NCBI GenBank assembly: GCA_028711505.1
Contig: JAQTSC010000001.1
Location: 168,604-232,603, forward strand
DNA: 64,000 bases
Origin: Minisyncoccota bacterium
GTDB taxonomy: Bacteria > Patescibacteriota > Minisyncoccia > JAHISW01 > Tagabacteraceae
Direction of reading: 5' to 3'
The notes under the pieces were generated by a model that searched no databases, was not told where the DNA came from, and saw only the letters and a program-made list of their open reading frames with translations. Below are positions 9,945 through 19,939 of this stretch, piece by piece. A program made the translations under genes and the position numbers. Each line of letters begins with the position of its first letter. Position 1 is the stretch's first letter.

Positions 9945-11565
9945 ACGGCCACAAGATAATTCCTAAAACAGACGGCGCCGCTTCATAAGAAGTTGGAAGC
10001 GATTCCGCGCTCGGCGCTGGTTCAACACTCGGCGGAACTATCTCTACTTCAATATGAGGAACTTCCACTGTGGGAACGTATTGTTCTCCCGCAGGCATTT
10101 GTTCTACTGGAGGCCTCATTTCTCCCGGGGGCAATTGCTGGTAATTGACAGAAGGCGGAACATATCCTACTCCCTGTCCGCTGTCATCCATAGGCATATA
10201 ATTACCTCCTTCTTGCGTCCTGTAATTTTCATCTCCAGGAGGCATTCCCATATCTCCTCTTTCCGGAAATTGAATTTCTTGCCGAGGCATCATCTGCGCT
10301 TGCTCGCCATTAAAGTCAGGATATTGCCCTGACTCTCCGCCAGGAGGACCGTATATTATGTCTCCCTGCTGTGGCTGTGGCATCATACCTCCTTCGCCGG
10401 GAGACATAGGGGGCATCATTCCTTCTTGAGGCATCATGCTTTCTTGAGGCTGCATCATAAAAAATTGCTGCATTCTTTGAGCTTGGTCCATCTGCTGCAT
10501 CATGCCTTGAACTCTGTCTTTGCTCATCATCCCGGTATCGGCCGCGAAATTCGCGCACTCCTCAATCCGCGCCGGATCGCCGCAATAATTGCTGCATTCT
10601 TCAATTGACCTGCATCCTCCTGGTCCGGGCTGCTCTCCCATTTTACCGATAATACTCATCTGTTTTTCCATCATTATCGCTTCTTCAGGAGAAAGAAGTC
10701 CGCTTTCTTTTGAAAAATTGAAACAAGTTTCCCTATTTTCTTCTTTACTGCAAAACGCGTCGCATTCTTCCGTGTTTTTACATCCTCCGGGACCGCCAAT
10801 GCTCATCATCTTCTGCGCTTTTTCAGCTTCTTCTCGCGGCATAAGTCCATGCTCCACCGCAAAATTCATGCACTCTTCCATACGGCTCGTATCGTCGCAA
10901 TACGCTTTGCACTCTTCGGGATTTTTACACCCTCCGGGACCCGACCCTGCCGCTTCAAGAATTTCCATCGCTTTCTGTTCGTCAATTTCCGGCCCTTTCG
11001 GCTTACCAATATCTCCCTTCGCGATTTTAATCATAAAATCTGCTTCTTCCTGGGAAATTTTTCCTTCATCAACCACAAATTTCATACATTCTTCTATATT
11101 ATCGCGATTTTTACAATAACTGTCGCAATTTTCTCTTGACTGACATCCGCCAGGCCCTCCCTTTGCCGCTTTTTCTCTTATCTTGTCCGCCTCTTCCGCG
11201 GAAGTGTATCCGTTTTGAACTCCGTAATTAAGGCACTCGTCAAGATTCTCCAAAGACCGGCAATACATATCGCAAGATTTCGGAGTGGTGCATCCACCCG
11301 GTCCGGCAACAGGGTCCTCGGGCTTATTTTCCATCTGCGCCATATCCTCCATCCTTTTGGCTTCCATCGCTGAAAAAACTCCCCGGCTTTTGCCCCACTC
11401 AATGCAAGAAATTTGATTGGCTGGATTATCGCAATAAATTTTGCATTCTTCTTGCGAATTGCAGCTGCCAAGCTCGGCAATCGGATAAGAAATTTCCAAG
11501 GGGTTTTGCGCCGAAACGACAAACCCCGCAAAAAGCAAAATCGCGATTAAAATAATTTTTCTCAT
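9922..11565 (-). CDS. Secreted protein with six tandem 4-Cys modules (GPGGC-x5-C-x3-C-x9/10-C) and a Met/Gln/Pro-rich C-terminal tail
   Basis: Signal-peptide-like N-terminus MRKIILIAILLFAGFVVSAQ. Repeats are separated by EEA-helix linkers. C-terminal hydrophobic stretch LGIILWPFIQIF. Confidence 0.7.
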   Translation of the reverse strand: MRKIILIAILLFAGFVVSAQNPLEISYPIAELGSCNSQEECKIYCDNPANQISCIEWGKSRGVFSAMEAKRMEDMAQMENKPEDPVAGPGGCTTPKSCDMYCRSLENLDECLNYGVQNGYTSAEEADKIREKAAKGGPGGCQSRENCDSYCKNRDNIEECMKFVVDEGKISQEEADFMIKIAKGDIGKPKGPEIDEQKAMEILEAAGSGPGGCKNPEECKAYCDDTSRMEECMNFAVEHGLMPREEAEKAQKMMSIGGPGGCKNTEECDAFCSKEENRETCFNFSKESGLLSPEEAIMMEKQMSIIGKMGEQPGPGGCRSIEECSNYCGDPARIEECANFAADTGMMSKDRVQGMMQQMDQAQRMQQFFMMQPQESMMPQEGMMPPMSPGEGGMMPQPQQGDIIYGPPGGESGQYPDFNGEQAQMMPRQEIQFPERGDMGMPPGDENYRTQEGGNYMPMDDSGQGVGYVPPSVNYQQLPPGEMRPPVEQMPAGEQYVPTVEVPHIEVEIVPPSVEPAPSAESLPTSYEAAPSVLGIILWPFIQIFGN

Positions 11566-11568
11566 ATT

Positions 11569-11835
11569 TTATTGAGCGAAAGGATTTTTATAAGCGTCTT
11601 TAAAAGGATTGGCCGCATTTTCTATGTCATTAAAAACATTGGCTTCTTCCACAACCTTTGATAATTCATCGTCTTGCGCTTTCTTCTGCTCGGCCAAAAG
11701 TTCGGAACGTCCGGTTTCCTTGCCGGAAACCACGCCCGCTGAAAAACCCTTATATTCACCATAATAATAACCGCCGAAAAGGCCCACAAACAAAGCCACA
11801 ATGGGCAAGACCATCAAATATGTTTTTTGACTCAT
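11569..11835 (-). CDS. Small single-pass membrane protein
   Basis: 88 aa. TM helix LMVLPIVALFVGLFGGYYY. Confidence 0.45.
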   Translation of the reverse strand: MSQKTYLMVLPIVALFVGLFGGYYYGEYKGFSAGVVSGKETGRSELLAEQKKAQDDELSKVVEEANVFNDIENAANPFKDAYKNPFAQ

Positions 11836-11930
11836 TTTGTTAAAAAATTAAATTAGTAATTGTCATTTACTCCATTCTACAACAAAACTCCCCCCTGGGC
11901 GGGAGGAGTTATCCACAAAAAAAGAAGAAA

Positions 11931-12254
11931 TTACGATTTTAATTTTTTTTCCTTGAAATCACGTATTTCTCTGCGCGCCCTTTGGTTGGCTTTGTCTATC
12001 GCTTGGCGCCATGTTGCACCGTTTCCCTCAGCCCTGATTCCCTTTGCCGCTCCCGGAAAAATTATTTGCATTTCAGCCCTAAAAACATCTCCCTTGCTGT
12101 GTTTTTTAACTCTTTCTATTTCAATTTCAACTCTCCAGTCAACCCCTGTTTTTTTGGAAAATTTTTCAACCATTATTCCCGCTTTTTTTTCTACGAAATC
12201 GCGGGTTTTTTCTTCCAACTCAAAATTTGTCGCCTTAAGATTTAAATTCATCAT
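11931..12254 (-). CDS. hpf: Ribosome hibernation-promoting factor / RaiA (YfiA) family
   Basis: 107 aa with sigma-54 modulation protein family features (VEIEIERVKKHSKGDVFRAEMQI...). Confidence 0.8.
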   Translation of the reverse strand: MMNLNLKATNFELEEKTRDFVEKKAGIMVEKFSKKTGVDWRVEIEIERVKKHSKGDVFRAEMQIIFPGAAKGIRAEGNGATWRQAIDKANQRARREIRDFKEKKLKS

Positions 12255-12292
12255 ACTTTTTTAACAAGAAACTCCCTTAAGAAGTTTCTTGC

Positions 12293-12742
12293 CTATTTTC
12301 TTCCATAAAGGCCCACAAGTGTCGCTTGGTCCAAAACGCGAGGTTCCATTGTTTGTTCCAAAGTTTTTTTATCTATACCCGAAGGCAAATCCAAATATCC
12401 GTCAAGGGCATAAAGCTTAAACATATACCTGTGTTTTTTCGCTCCTGCCGGAGGGCAAGGACCTCCATATTCATTTCTGCCAAAATCGTTTCTCCCCTGC
12501 AGCGCGCCTTCGGGAACGCTGTATTCTTGAATTTCTTCGATTTCATCGGAAATATTGAAAACTATCCAATGGTCAAAAGTGCGGCCCGACGTGGCGTCAG
12601 GATCATCCATTATCAAAACCAAACTTTCCGCTCCTTCAGGGATGTCGCTTACCAAGAGAGGAGGGCTGACATTTTCACCGTCGCAAGTGTATTTTACCGG
12701 AATGTCGGAACTATTTTCAAAAGCAGGGCTCGATAAATTCAT
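12293..12742 (-). CDS. YbhB/YbcL (PEBP/Raf-kinase-inhibitor-like) family protein
   Basis: LVLIMDDPDA, DHWIVFNI, GPCPPAG..HRYMFKLYALD. Confidence 0.8.
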   Translation of the reverse strand: MNLSSPAFENSSDIPVKYTCDGENVSPPLLVSDIPEGAESLVLIMDDPDATSGRTFDHWIVFNISDEIEEIQEYSVPEGALQGRNDFGRNEYGGPCPPAGAKKHRYMFKLYALDGYLDLPSGIDKKTLEQTMEPRVLDQATLVGLYGRK

Positions 12743-12756
12743 AAATAAAATAAAAT

Positions 12757-13215
12757 TTAATAACCGGCGACATTTAAATTGTTTTCTAACACAAAACTTC
12801 TTAAAACGCCCTGCGAAGCGGCGATTCTGACAATATCATCCATCATTACTATAACAAACGGCACAAGAATTATTATCATCAAAATGCTGAGAATTTTTTC
12901 GTTTCTGGACCAATCTTTGCGCCATATTTCGTAAAAAAGAAGTATTGAATACAAACTTATGGAAAAAGGAACGATAAGCGTTATCAAAAACACGACTCCC
13001 CAAAGAAGATAAGAAAGTCCCAAAAGAGAACCGGAATTTATTATGGTATGCCATATGAACTTCAAGGCAAGCCAAAGATTGCCCGCGTAAAAAACAGCGA
13101 AGTACGAAAAGAAAAGCAGGTACAAAATAGTAAGAGCAGACCTCCATGTAGGCGCGAAATAAAAACTGAAAATACGAGAAAAATAATTTTGTTTAACAAA
13201 TTCGTCTTTTATCAT
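12757..13215 (-). CDS. Integral membrane hypothetical protein
   Basis: 152 aa with several hydrophobic helices. Confidence 0.45.
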   Translation of the reverse strand: MIKDEFVKQNYFSRIFSFYFAPTWRSALTILYLLFFSYFAVFYAGNLWLALKFIWHTIINSGSLLGLSYLLWGVVFLITLIVPFSISLYSILLFYEIWRKDWSRNEKILSILMIIILVPFVIVMMDDIVRIAASQGVLRSFVLENNLNVAGY

Positions 13216-13247
13216 ATGAAAAAGATTAACTTATTTTTATTATAACA

Positions 13248-14021
13248 CTAAAAAACGATTTGAGAAAAAGCCGAAAGAAGCACCAAAAAACCGAAACTCA
13301 CGGCAAACCAGCCAAAATTTATCTTTTTTGAAAGCCGGAATAAAAAACCCATTGTTAAAAGCCCGAAAACGAAAGATGTCAGAACACCCGTGATTCCGGA
13401 AATTCCTATTTCAATACCGCGGCCGGAAATGAAAAAAAAGACGTTGGCGCAAAAGACGGCGGGAAGGCTCATAAGAAAACTCAATTTTAGAGCATCGGTA
13501 TCGTTAAAGCGGCGGAAAAGAAGCGAGGCAATTGTAAGCCCGGAACGGGAAAGACCAGGAAGAGAAGAAAAACCTTGAAGAATTCCGGCAATAACTCCAT
13601 CTTTAAAGTTTACATCTTTCACTTCTCTGAATTCTGATTCTTTTTTCCTAAACAGCGCGAGCCCAGTAATTATAAGAAATATTCCTACGGCTCCGGAAAC
13701 AACGCCGGAAGAAACATCTGCAAAATACTTTTCGGCGAAAATAACGAGCGGGACCGACACGACTCCCGTAAACAACGTGCTTAAAAAAAGAAAATTAAAA
13801 ATTTGTCTGTTCTCCTTTTTAAAAATAGAAAAGACGTCTTTTCTCAAATAAATCAAAGCCGCGAAAAAAGTGCCTATATGCAGAAAAACCGCCATTGAAT
13901 AAGCGGCCGTATAATTTTTACCGAAAAAATTCACTCCGGCAAGAGATACCAGCCCGTCCGAACTTAAAGGCAGCCATTCGGCAATACCCTGAATCGCGCC
14001 CATTACAAAACCTTCTAACAT
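13248..14021 (-). CDS. uppP: Undecaprenyl-diphosphatase
   Basis: BacA signature AIQGIAEWLPLSSDG, SRSG motif, polytopic. Confidence 0.85.
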   Translation of the reverse strand: MLEGFVMGAIQGIAEWLPLSSDGLVSLAGVNFFGKNYTAAYSMAVFLHIGTFFAALIYLRKDVFSIFKKENRQIFNFLFLSTLFTGVVSVPLVIFAEKYFADVSSGVVSGAVGIFLIITGLALFRKKESEFREVKDVNFKDGVIAGILQGFSSLPGLSRSGLTIASLLFRRFNDTDALKLSFLMSLPAVFCANVFFFISGRGIEIGISGITGVLTSFVFGLLTMGFLFRLSKKINFGWFAVSFGFLVLLSAFSQIVF

Positions 14022-14125
14022 TTTTTAATAATACCAAAATCTCAAGCAGAATATAAGCGAACCGGCAAAAAAAGAAGGGACATAAAACATATAAAAATAC
14101 CCCGACACGAAGTCGGGATATTTTT

Positions 14126-14542
14126 TTAAACCTCTATATTCTTCGCCTCTTTTCTTATCACTGCCCAATGATAAAGATACAAAGGCAGACCTACTATTAT
14201 CATCGCCAAATTTATAGAAGCATCCCGCTGGCGCTGGCTTGATACCGGATCAACTTTATCGGATTGTTCTTTCCAAATTTTATAATCAGCGATAATTCTT
14301 TGCATTTCCGCCCTTTCGGTTTCCGTGAGCTGCTCTCCAGCCGCGGCTTTTTCTAAATTTTCAACAGGCGCATACACAGGCAATATTTTTGAACTGACTC
14401 TCTGCTGGTCATCGGCGCCGGTAAAGACAAACGCCTTAAGCCCCATGTTTATAAACCTCACTCCCGCAATGACCATAAGCGTAAGCCCGACAAGCGAAAA
14501 CAAATAAAGATAAATCGTTCTTATTATTGTTTGTTTTTTCAT
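14126..14542 (-). CDS. Membrane hypothetical protein
   Basis: 138 aa with an N-terminal TM. Confidence 0.45.
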   Translation of the reverse strand: MKKQTIIRTIYLYLFSLVGLTLMVIAGVRFINMGLKAFVFTGADDQQRVSSKILPVYAPVENLEKAAAGEQLTETERAEMQRIIADYKIWKEQSDKVDPVSSQRQRDASINLAMIIVGLPLYLYHWAVIRKEAKNIEV

Positions 14543-14553
14543 TTTTAATTTTA

Positions 14554-14760
14554 TTATTTCATCCCGTACGCTTTTCTCGTTTCCGGGTCATTAACTCTGG
14601 CCTGGGCCGTTTTCATTCTTTTTTCTTCTTCTTTCAAAGCTTCCGCTCCTTTTTTCTCTAAAATTTTTTTCTTTTCTTCTTCCATTAATACCACTTTTCT
14701 TCCCTGCTTCAATTGTTCCAAATAACCGGGGACCGGTTTCGGCATTTTTTCAAAATTCAT
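14554..14760 (-). CDS. Small charged hypothetical protein
   Basis: 68 aa ORF lying between two genes on the same strand. Confidence 0.3.
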   Translation of the reverse strand: MNFEKMPKPVPGYLEQLKQGRKVVLMEEEKKKILEKKGAEALKEEEKRMKTAQARVNDPETRKAYGMK

Positions 14761-14787
14761 GATATTTTTTGCTAATTTTATAATACT

Positions 14788-15942
14788 TTAATTATACTCC
14801 TTGGTTTCCGCCGCCTCAATCGCTTCCAAAATCATTTTTTTCACATCAAAATTTTCCTCGGCTTTTTCAATTTCACTCAGTCTTGCCTTTGTCGCCGGAT
14901 GGCGCGGCGTAAAAAGCTGGCAGCAATCTTGGTCGGGAATTATGGAAATCTCATAAGTCCCTATTTTTTTCGCCAAATCAATAATCTCTTCTTTATCCAT
15001 TCCTATAAGAGGTCTTAATATTTGAAAACCGGAAGCCCTGGAAACTACCGACATATTTTCCATGGTTTGAGAGGCTACTTGCCCCAAACTCTCTCCGGTT
15101 ATCAAGGCTCCGGCTTTTTCTTTTTCGGCGATTTGCGAAGCAATTCCCATCATAAGCCTGCGATATATTACTACGCGATATTTTTCCGGCGCAGACAAAA
15201 CTATTTTTTTCTGAATTTCACCGAAAGGAACGAGAAATAATTTTGAACCGTGCTGATGCCGGTCTAGAGTTTTTACAAGCTCTTCCGCCTTCTCAATGGA
15301 AGCTCTATTCAAAAACGGATAGGCGTGAAAATGAACGAAAACAACCCGGCACCCCCTTTTCATCATCATAAACGACGCGGCAGGAGAATCTATGCCGCCG
15401 GAAAGAAGCGCTACCGCCTTGCCGCCCGAATCAACAGGCAATCCGCCGATCCCCTTATATTTTTCAAAATAAAAAATCGCCTTGCCGCTATGCATTTCAA
15501 CATTGATTGTTTTCCCGGGATTTTTTAAATCAACAATGGCGCCGGTTTTAAGTTTTACGAATTCTCCGAGTTCCCTGTTTATTCCTTCCGAAGTTAACGG
15601 AAAATTTTTATCCGAACGGATAGAAGAAATTCTAAAACTTACGGGATTAAAATCAACAATTTCCTTTTCAAGCCGTTTTTTTATCGTTTCCATATCCGGC
15701 TTAACCCGAAAGACTGGCATAAAATTGGCAATACCCGGAGTCGCTTTCAAGATATCCCTGACTGCGGCTTCGTCAAAACCTGCTTTTGGAACAATAAAAA
15801 AACCGCCGGATATCTTTTCTATCCTTACTCCGCCGTTTTTTACAAACGCTTTTTTTAGATTATTCAAAAGGCGCGCCTCGAACAGGGGCCTGTTTCTTTT
15901 CTTTAAGGTTATTTCGTGAAAATGCGCGAGAAATCCATCCAC
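14788..15942 (-). CDS. thiI: tRNA 4-thiouridine synthase (THUMP + PP-loop ATPase)
   Basis: PP-loop motif LLSGGIDSPAASFMM with an N-terminal THUMP-like region. Confidence 0.85.
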   Translation of the reverse strand: MDGFLAHFHEITLKKRNRPLFEARLLNNLKKAFVKNGGVRIEKISGGFFIVPKAGFDEAAVRDILKATPGIANFMPVFRVKPDMETIKKRLEKEIVDFNPVSFRISSIRSDKNFPLTSEGINRELGEFVKLKTGAIVDLKNPGKTINVEMHSGKAIFYFEKYKGIGGLPVDSGGKAVALLSGGIDSPAASFMMMKRGCRVVFVHFHAYPFLNRASIEKAEELVKTLDRHQHGSKLFLVPFGEIQKKIVLSAPEKYRVVIYRRLMMGIASQIAEKEKAGALITGESLGQVASQTMENMSVVSRASGFQILRPLIGMDKEEIIDLAKKIGTYEISIIPDQDCCQLFTPRHPATKARLSEIEKAEENFDVKKMILEAIEAAETKEYN

Positions 15943-15947
15943 AAATT

Positions 15948-16733
15948 TTACTTTATCTCGTACGTCAGGCTCACGTTAACGCTAATTTCCTGCGAACCCG
16001 GTTCAATTGTTGAAACCGAGGAAACCGTATCGCCGCCCATTCCTATACCAATACCTTTCTCGTAGACAGAATAAGGATAGCCGTCCGATTCGTAAATGGA
16101 AATAAGCTTGCCTACTTTAAACCCCGCGGACTCAGCCATTGATTTCGCTTTTTCCTTGGCTTTTTTGATTGCCTCGTCTCTCGCGTCGTTTCGAACAACG
16201 GTCGGATCGTCAACCGTAAAAGAAAGCTGGCTTACGGAATTAGCTCCTTTTTCAACAACACCGGAAAGCACTTTTCCTATTTTTGAAAAATCCCTTATTT
16301 TTACCGAGACTGTCTGTGTTATCGTATATCCCACGATTTCAGGCGGGGGACAGGTTGAACTGGAAGAACCGGAATAAATTATTCCGCAATTTGAATACTG
16401 ATATCTCGGCGAAAGATTATATCCCTCGGTTTTTATATCCTTCGGGTCAATACCATTTGACTTCACAAAATCTATCGACGCGTTGACTTTTTCTGTATTT
16501 TTCGCTTGAGACGCGCCCACATCCATTCCTCCTTCCGTGATCACGCTAAAAGTAAATTGCGCCACGTCGGGAACGGTCGTTATCTTGCCGTCTCCGCTCA
16601 CGGTAAAACTTCTGTAAGAAGAAGGCGCGATTGATTTAGAATAAGTTATCACGTAAAAAACCGATGAAAACGCAATGGCAAGAGAAACCAAAATAATCGC
16701 CGGCCACAAATAATTTTTCGCTTGTTTTTCCAT
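15948..16733 (-). CDS. SIMPL (DUF541) domain periplasmic protein
   Basis: N-terminal TM followed by a SIMPL-like C-terminal region. Confidence 0.65.
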   Translation of the reverse strand: MEKQAKNYLWPAIILVSLAIAFSSVFYVITYSKSIAPSSYRSFTVSGDGKITTVPDVAQFTFSVITEGGMDVGASQAKNTEKVNASIDFVKSNGIDPKDIKTEGYNLSPRYQYSNCGIIYSGSSSSTCPPPEIVGYTITQTVSVKIRDFSKIGKVLSGVVEKGANSVSQLSFTVDDPTVVRNDARDEAIKKAKEKAKSMAESAGFKVGKLISIYESDGYPYSVYEKGIGIGMGGDTVSSVSTIEPGSQEISVNVSLTYEIK

Positions 16734-16835
16734 AAATTAAAATTTTAATAATTTAACAGGTTAATAATAAATTCCAATTATATTCCGATATCTTTATATT
16801 GTACCCAAAAAAACGGCTCCGGACAATAAAACTCA

Positions 16836-17834
16836 TTATAAAGCGGTAAAATTTCCCTGCGGAAAATATTTAGGATGATTTTCAAAAAATTCCCATATTA
16901 TTTCCGACGCGGAAATTGCCTGCAAGGGATCTTCTCCCAAGAACCATGCTTTTCCTCCTCCAGGCCAGCTATGTCCGCCGTTTTTTACGTCATAAAATAC
17001 AACGCCTGAATTTTCGTCGCAGCCATCATATTCTTCCATTTTAAAAAATTCGTTTTCTGTCTTTCTTGGATTAATCACACACCTGTTATGTCCCACCCAA
17101 AAAGAAAGCGCCTTAATGACTGCCGGATGATTGACGCCAAAAATTTTATAAACAGGGTCAGTGGCAAATCCTCCGTAAAAAGGAATGGTATCGTCAGCCT
17201 GCCCATGAAAAATTATTATTGACACCGGTTCTGCCGGCTTGCACATCGTCAAATCCATAGACCCTGAAACCGAAGACACGGCGGCAAAAATATCCGATGC
17301 TTCACAGGCCATTTTATAAGCCATTATTCCCCCATTGGACATCCCCGCTATATAAATACGGCGCGAATCTATCTTGTATTCTTTTTTCATCTGCCGGACT
17401 ATTTCTTCAAGAAATTCCGCGTCATCAACGCCGAACGGCTTGACTAAATTACAGCAATAACCTGCATTCCACGTAAGAAGATAATTATTAAAAAGTCCGG
17501 TACCGTTCGGATAAACGACAATAAATCTGTTTTTATCGGAAACTTCATCCATTTTCGTAGTTTCTCTGGCGATATCCGCGTTTCCGCCGGCTCCATGAAG
17601 CATCAAAACAAGAGGTATGGGGCTTCCGCCGTTATAATCTTTAGGCAAATGAACCAAATAGCTTCTCTCCAGCCCGCCCATTGTCAGATATAATTTAAAA
17701 TCCGAAGAGGAGATTTCTTTTGGAGTAGTTCGCGCGATTACGAAATTATCAAAAACCCAAGTTCTTAATTGGAAAATAACGGCAATAAGTATCAAAACAG
17801 CCAAAAGAGAAACAAAACGCCTGCCTGCTTTCAT
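16836..17834 (-). CDS. Secreted esterase, PHB-depolymerase/LpqC family (alpha/beta hydrolase)
   Basis: HGAGGNADIA and the nucleophile elbow GMSNGG. Confidence 0.7.
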   Translation of the reverse strand: MKAGRRFVSLLAVLILIAVIFQLRTWVFDNFVIARTTPKEISSSDFKLYLTMGGLERSYLVHLPKDYNGGSPIPLVLMLHGAGGNADIARETTKMDEVSDKNRFIVVYPNGTGLFNNYLLTWNAGYCCNLVKPFGVDDAEFLEEIVRQMKKEYKIDSRRIYIAGMSNGGIMAYKMACEASDIFAAVSSVSGSMDLTMCKPAEPVSIIIFHGQADDTIPFYGGFATDPVYKIFGVNHPAVIKALSFWVGHNRCVINPRKTENEFFKMEEYDGCDENSGVVFYDVKNGGHSWPGGGKAWFLGEDPLQAISASEIIWEFFENHPKYFPQGNFTAL

Positions 17835-17926
17835 AAAATAATATTACCAAAAACGGCTGAATTTTGAAATAAAAAAACCGCCAGCCCGATAAGACGGACA
17901 GGCGGTTTGCGTTGAATGCGTTTTTT

Positions 17927-18235
17927 CTAAAGCCTCTTTTTTGAAGAAGAAACAACATACTCTTCCGCTATTTTTCTGAGACGGAATACGCCGTTTATGT
18001 TTCTAAAAACAGCGTACTTGTAGGCACCCTCTTTGCGCGCGAAAAAAAACGCGGCGCCGCGAATCATGGGGCCGCAAAAAATTTCCCCCGAACCAATTAT
18101 AGTCCAATGACCCTCGGGATTTGCGCTCAAGCAGCCTAAACGCTCAAGCTCGTTGGCAATCGGCTCTGCCGCTTCCCAACCATCACCCATCTTTTTCGCC
18201 AACTCCTTTATTTCCTTTTCAAAAAAATTTTCCAT
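17927..18235 (-). CDS. Hypothetical small protein (paralog of the next gene)
   Basis: Start trimmed to MENFFEKEIKEL. Shares a GP-I-G...F-RKE-A-Y block with 18267..18614. Confidence 0.4.
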   Translation of the reverse strand: MENFFEKEIKELAKKMGDGWEAAEPIANELERLGCLSANPEGHWTIIGSGEIFCGPMIRGAAFFFARKEGAYKYAVFRNINGVFRLRKIAEEYVVSSSKKRL

Positions 18236-18266
18236 GGTTCTTTCCCCTTTCCTCCCTGAAGTCTTT

Positions 18267-18614
18267 TTAAGTTCTAGAAATTTTTTTGACAAGAAAATTC
18301 CTGGATTTTCCGGGAAACTTCGCTTCCACATATTCCCAGGCAAATTCCTCCTTTCGAAAATAATAAAGCGTTCCTTCTATGATAGGTCCGGCAAGCTGCA
18401 CATGCAGATTGCATAGACCCTGAGATAAAGTAGGACGCTTCAATAGTACAAAATTGCCAACAAGAGAAGCCCTGCTTTCAAACATTTCGGAAGACAAAAC
18501 CGACTCGTTAACAAGAATTTCCGCTTGCTTTTTGGCTTCTTCCCATTTTCTAGAAGAAAGAGCCTGGACAAACGGTTCCCATTTCACATTGATCACGCTG
18601 TCGTAAATCCCCAT
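18267..18614 (-). CDS. Hypothetical small protein (tandem paralog)
   Basis: Start trimmed to MGIYDSV. Block similarity to the upstream neighbour. Confidence 0.4.
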   Translation of the reverse strand: MGIYDSVINVKWEPFVQALSSRKWEEAKKQAEILVNESVLSSEMFESRASLVGNFVLLKRPTLSQGLCNLHVQLAGPIIEGTLYYFRKEEFAWEYVEAKFPGKSRNFLVKKISRT

Positions 18615-18756
18615 TTTTATATTTCCTCCCTTTTTTCTGTTTTCAAAATTCTTCAAATCCAAGAAGAAATTTACCATAAAAAATAACTTGTGTCAAACAC
18701 ACAAGGGTTCTTAATCCCTATTAAAAATAAAATTCCCGATCTTTTGTAACGCTGCT

Positions 18757-19914
18757 TTATCCCGTCTCGCTCCGCAAACTAGAAAGCATTTTCCTTTTTT
18801 CCGTCTCCCCCGCTTTCATTTTCCTCACAACTTTTCCGAAAAAATCAATTGTTTTATCATAAGTGATTCTATCCACATCATATGGAGTCGCGTCTTTTCC
18901 TCCATGAGCGAACGAATATCGCGCCGGATCTTCATAAGACGGCTTCGCTCCGTATATCATTTCCGAAACTAAGCTTAAAGCGCGAACCGTTTTCGGGCCC
19001 ACGCCTTTTGTTGCCAAAAGCGCTTCGTAATTTTCCGGCTTCTCATCGCATACTTTTCCCAAGACTTTCTCCAAATATTTGCTTTTTGAAAAATCCTCGC
19101 TCACGACGGGATGCCAAAAAAATTCTTTAGTTTCTAAATTTATCAAAGTCATCTGTCTGGTTCCTTGTCTTAACGAAACTGTCCGCGAAAGCCTCGAAGA
19201 ATGTTTGCGTAAAATTTCAATATCTTTCATAAGCCCGCCGTAATTACCCTGAACAAGCTCCGCGCTTAATTTCCGAGTCTGTCCGCTTTTTTTAGCCGAC
19301 AAATCAAGGGTAGGCGAAATCAAATCGCTTGAAATACCCGAATGAGGTTCGCAGACCAAATCGGTGGCTTTTTCCGAATGCCAATGATATCTGCGGGCTG
19401 TTTGTTTTTCCGTGTTCATTCCCTGTTGAACAACCGCCCACGCTCCGCCCTTGCTAAAAAAGAAAGAGTGATGATAAATCTGAAATCCGTCCTGTACCAA
19501 AGCGCCGTCAACCTTAGCCGCCATTTTTGAATTATAGACAAGCGATTCGGATTTTTCCTCGCCAAGCCCAGATCTTTCTCCATGCGTTTTTATTTCATCG
19601 GGAGTTTTTCTTGAGGTTTTCCCTTTCCCGCCGCAAATAAAAATTCCCAAATTATTTTCCCTGCCCCTCACCGCCTCTTTTAGCGAAGCGGTTAAAACCG
19701 TAGTGAGCCCGGACGCGTTCCAATCAAAAGCCAAAACGGTCCCGAGCGACTGGAACCACGCGGGGTCTGAAATTCTTTTCACAAATTCATCCGGACCATA
19801 TTCGGCAATAATAATTTCTACCATTTCCCTTCCAAGCTTTACCATTCTCTCGTAAAGCCACTTCGGGCAAATGCCGTAGTCAAGGCCGAATGTGGCAATA
19901 TTTTTTTGTATCAT
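18757..19914 (-). CDS. DUF763-like protein
   Basis: Start trimmed to M78 (MIQKNIATFGLDYGICPKWLYERMVKLGREMVEII...), giving about 385 aa, the usual DUF763 size. Confidence 0.45.
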   Translation of the reverse strand: MIQKNIATFGLDYGICPKWLYERMVKLGREMVEIIIAEYGPDEFVKRISDPAWFQSLGTVLAFDWNASGLTTVLTASLKEAVRGRENNLGIFICGGKGKTSRKTPDEIKTHGERSGLGEEKSESLVYNSKMAAKVDGALVQDGFQIYHHSFFFSKGGAWAVVQQGMNTEKQTARRYHWHSEKATDLVCEPHSGISSDLISPTLDLSAKKSGQTRKLSAELVQGNYGGLMKDIEILRKHSSRLSRTVSLRQGTRQMTLINLETKEFFWHPVVSEDFSKSKYLEKVLGKVCDEKPENYEALLATKGVGPKTVRALSLVSEMIYGAKPSYEDPARYSFAHGGKDATPYDVDRITYDKTIDFFGKVVRKMKAGETEKRKMLSSLRSETG

Positions 19915-19939
19915 CTTATATATATTATAGAATACCTGT

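Noticed and set aside
10589-11139. Plus-strand ORFs of 176 aa and 96 aa
   Set aside because: They are antisense to the Cys-repeat protein gene. Periodic repeats generate long antisense frames. There is no RBS and the composition is implausible.
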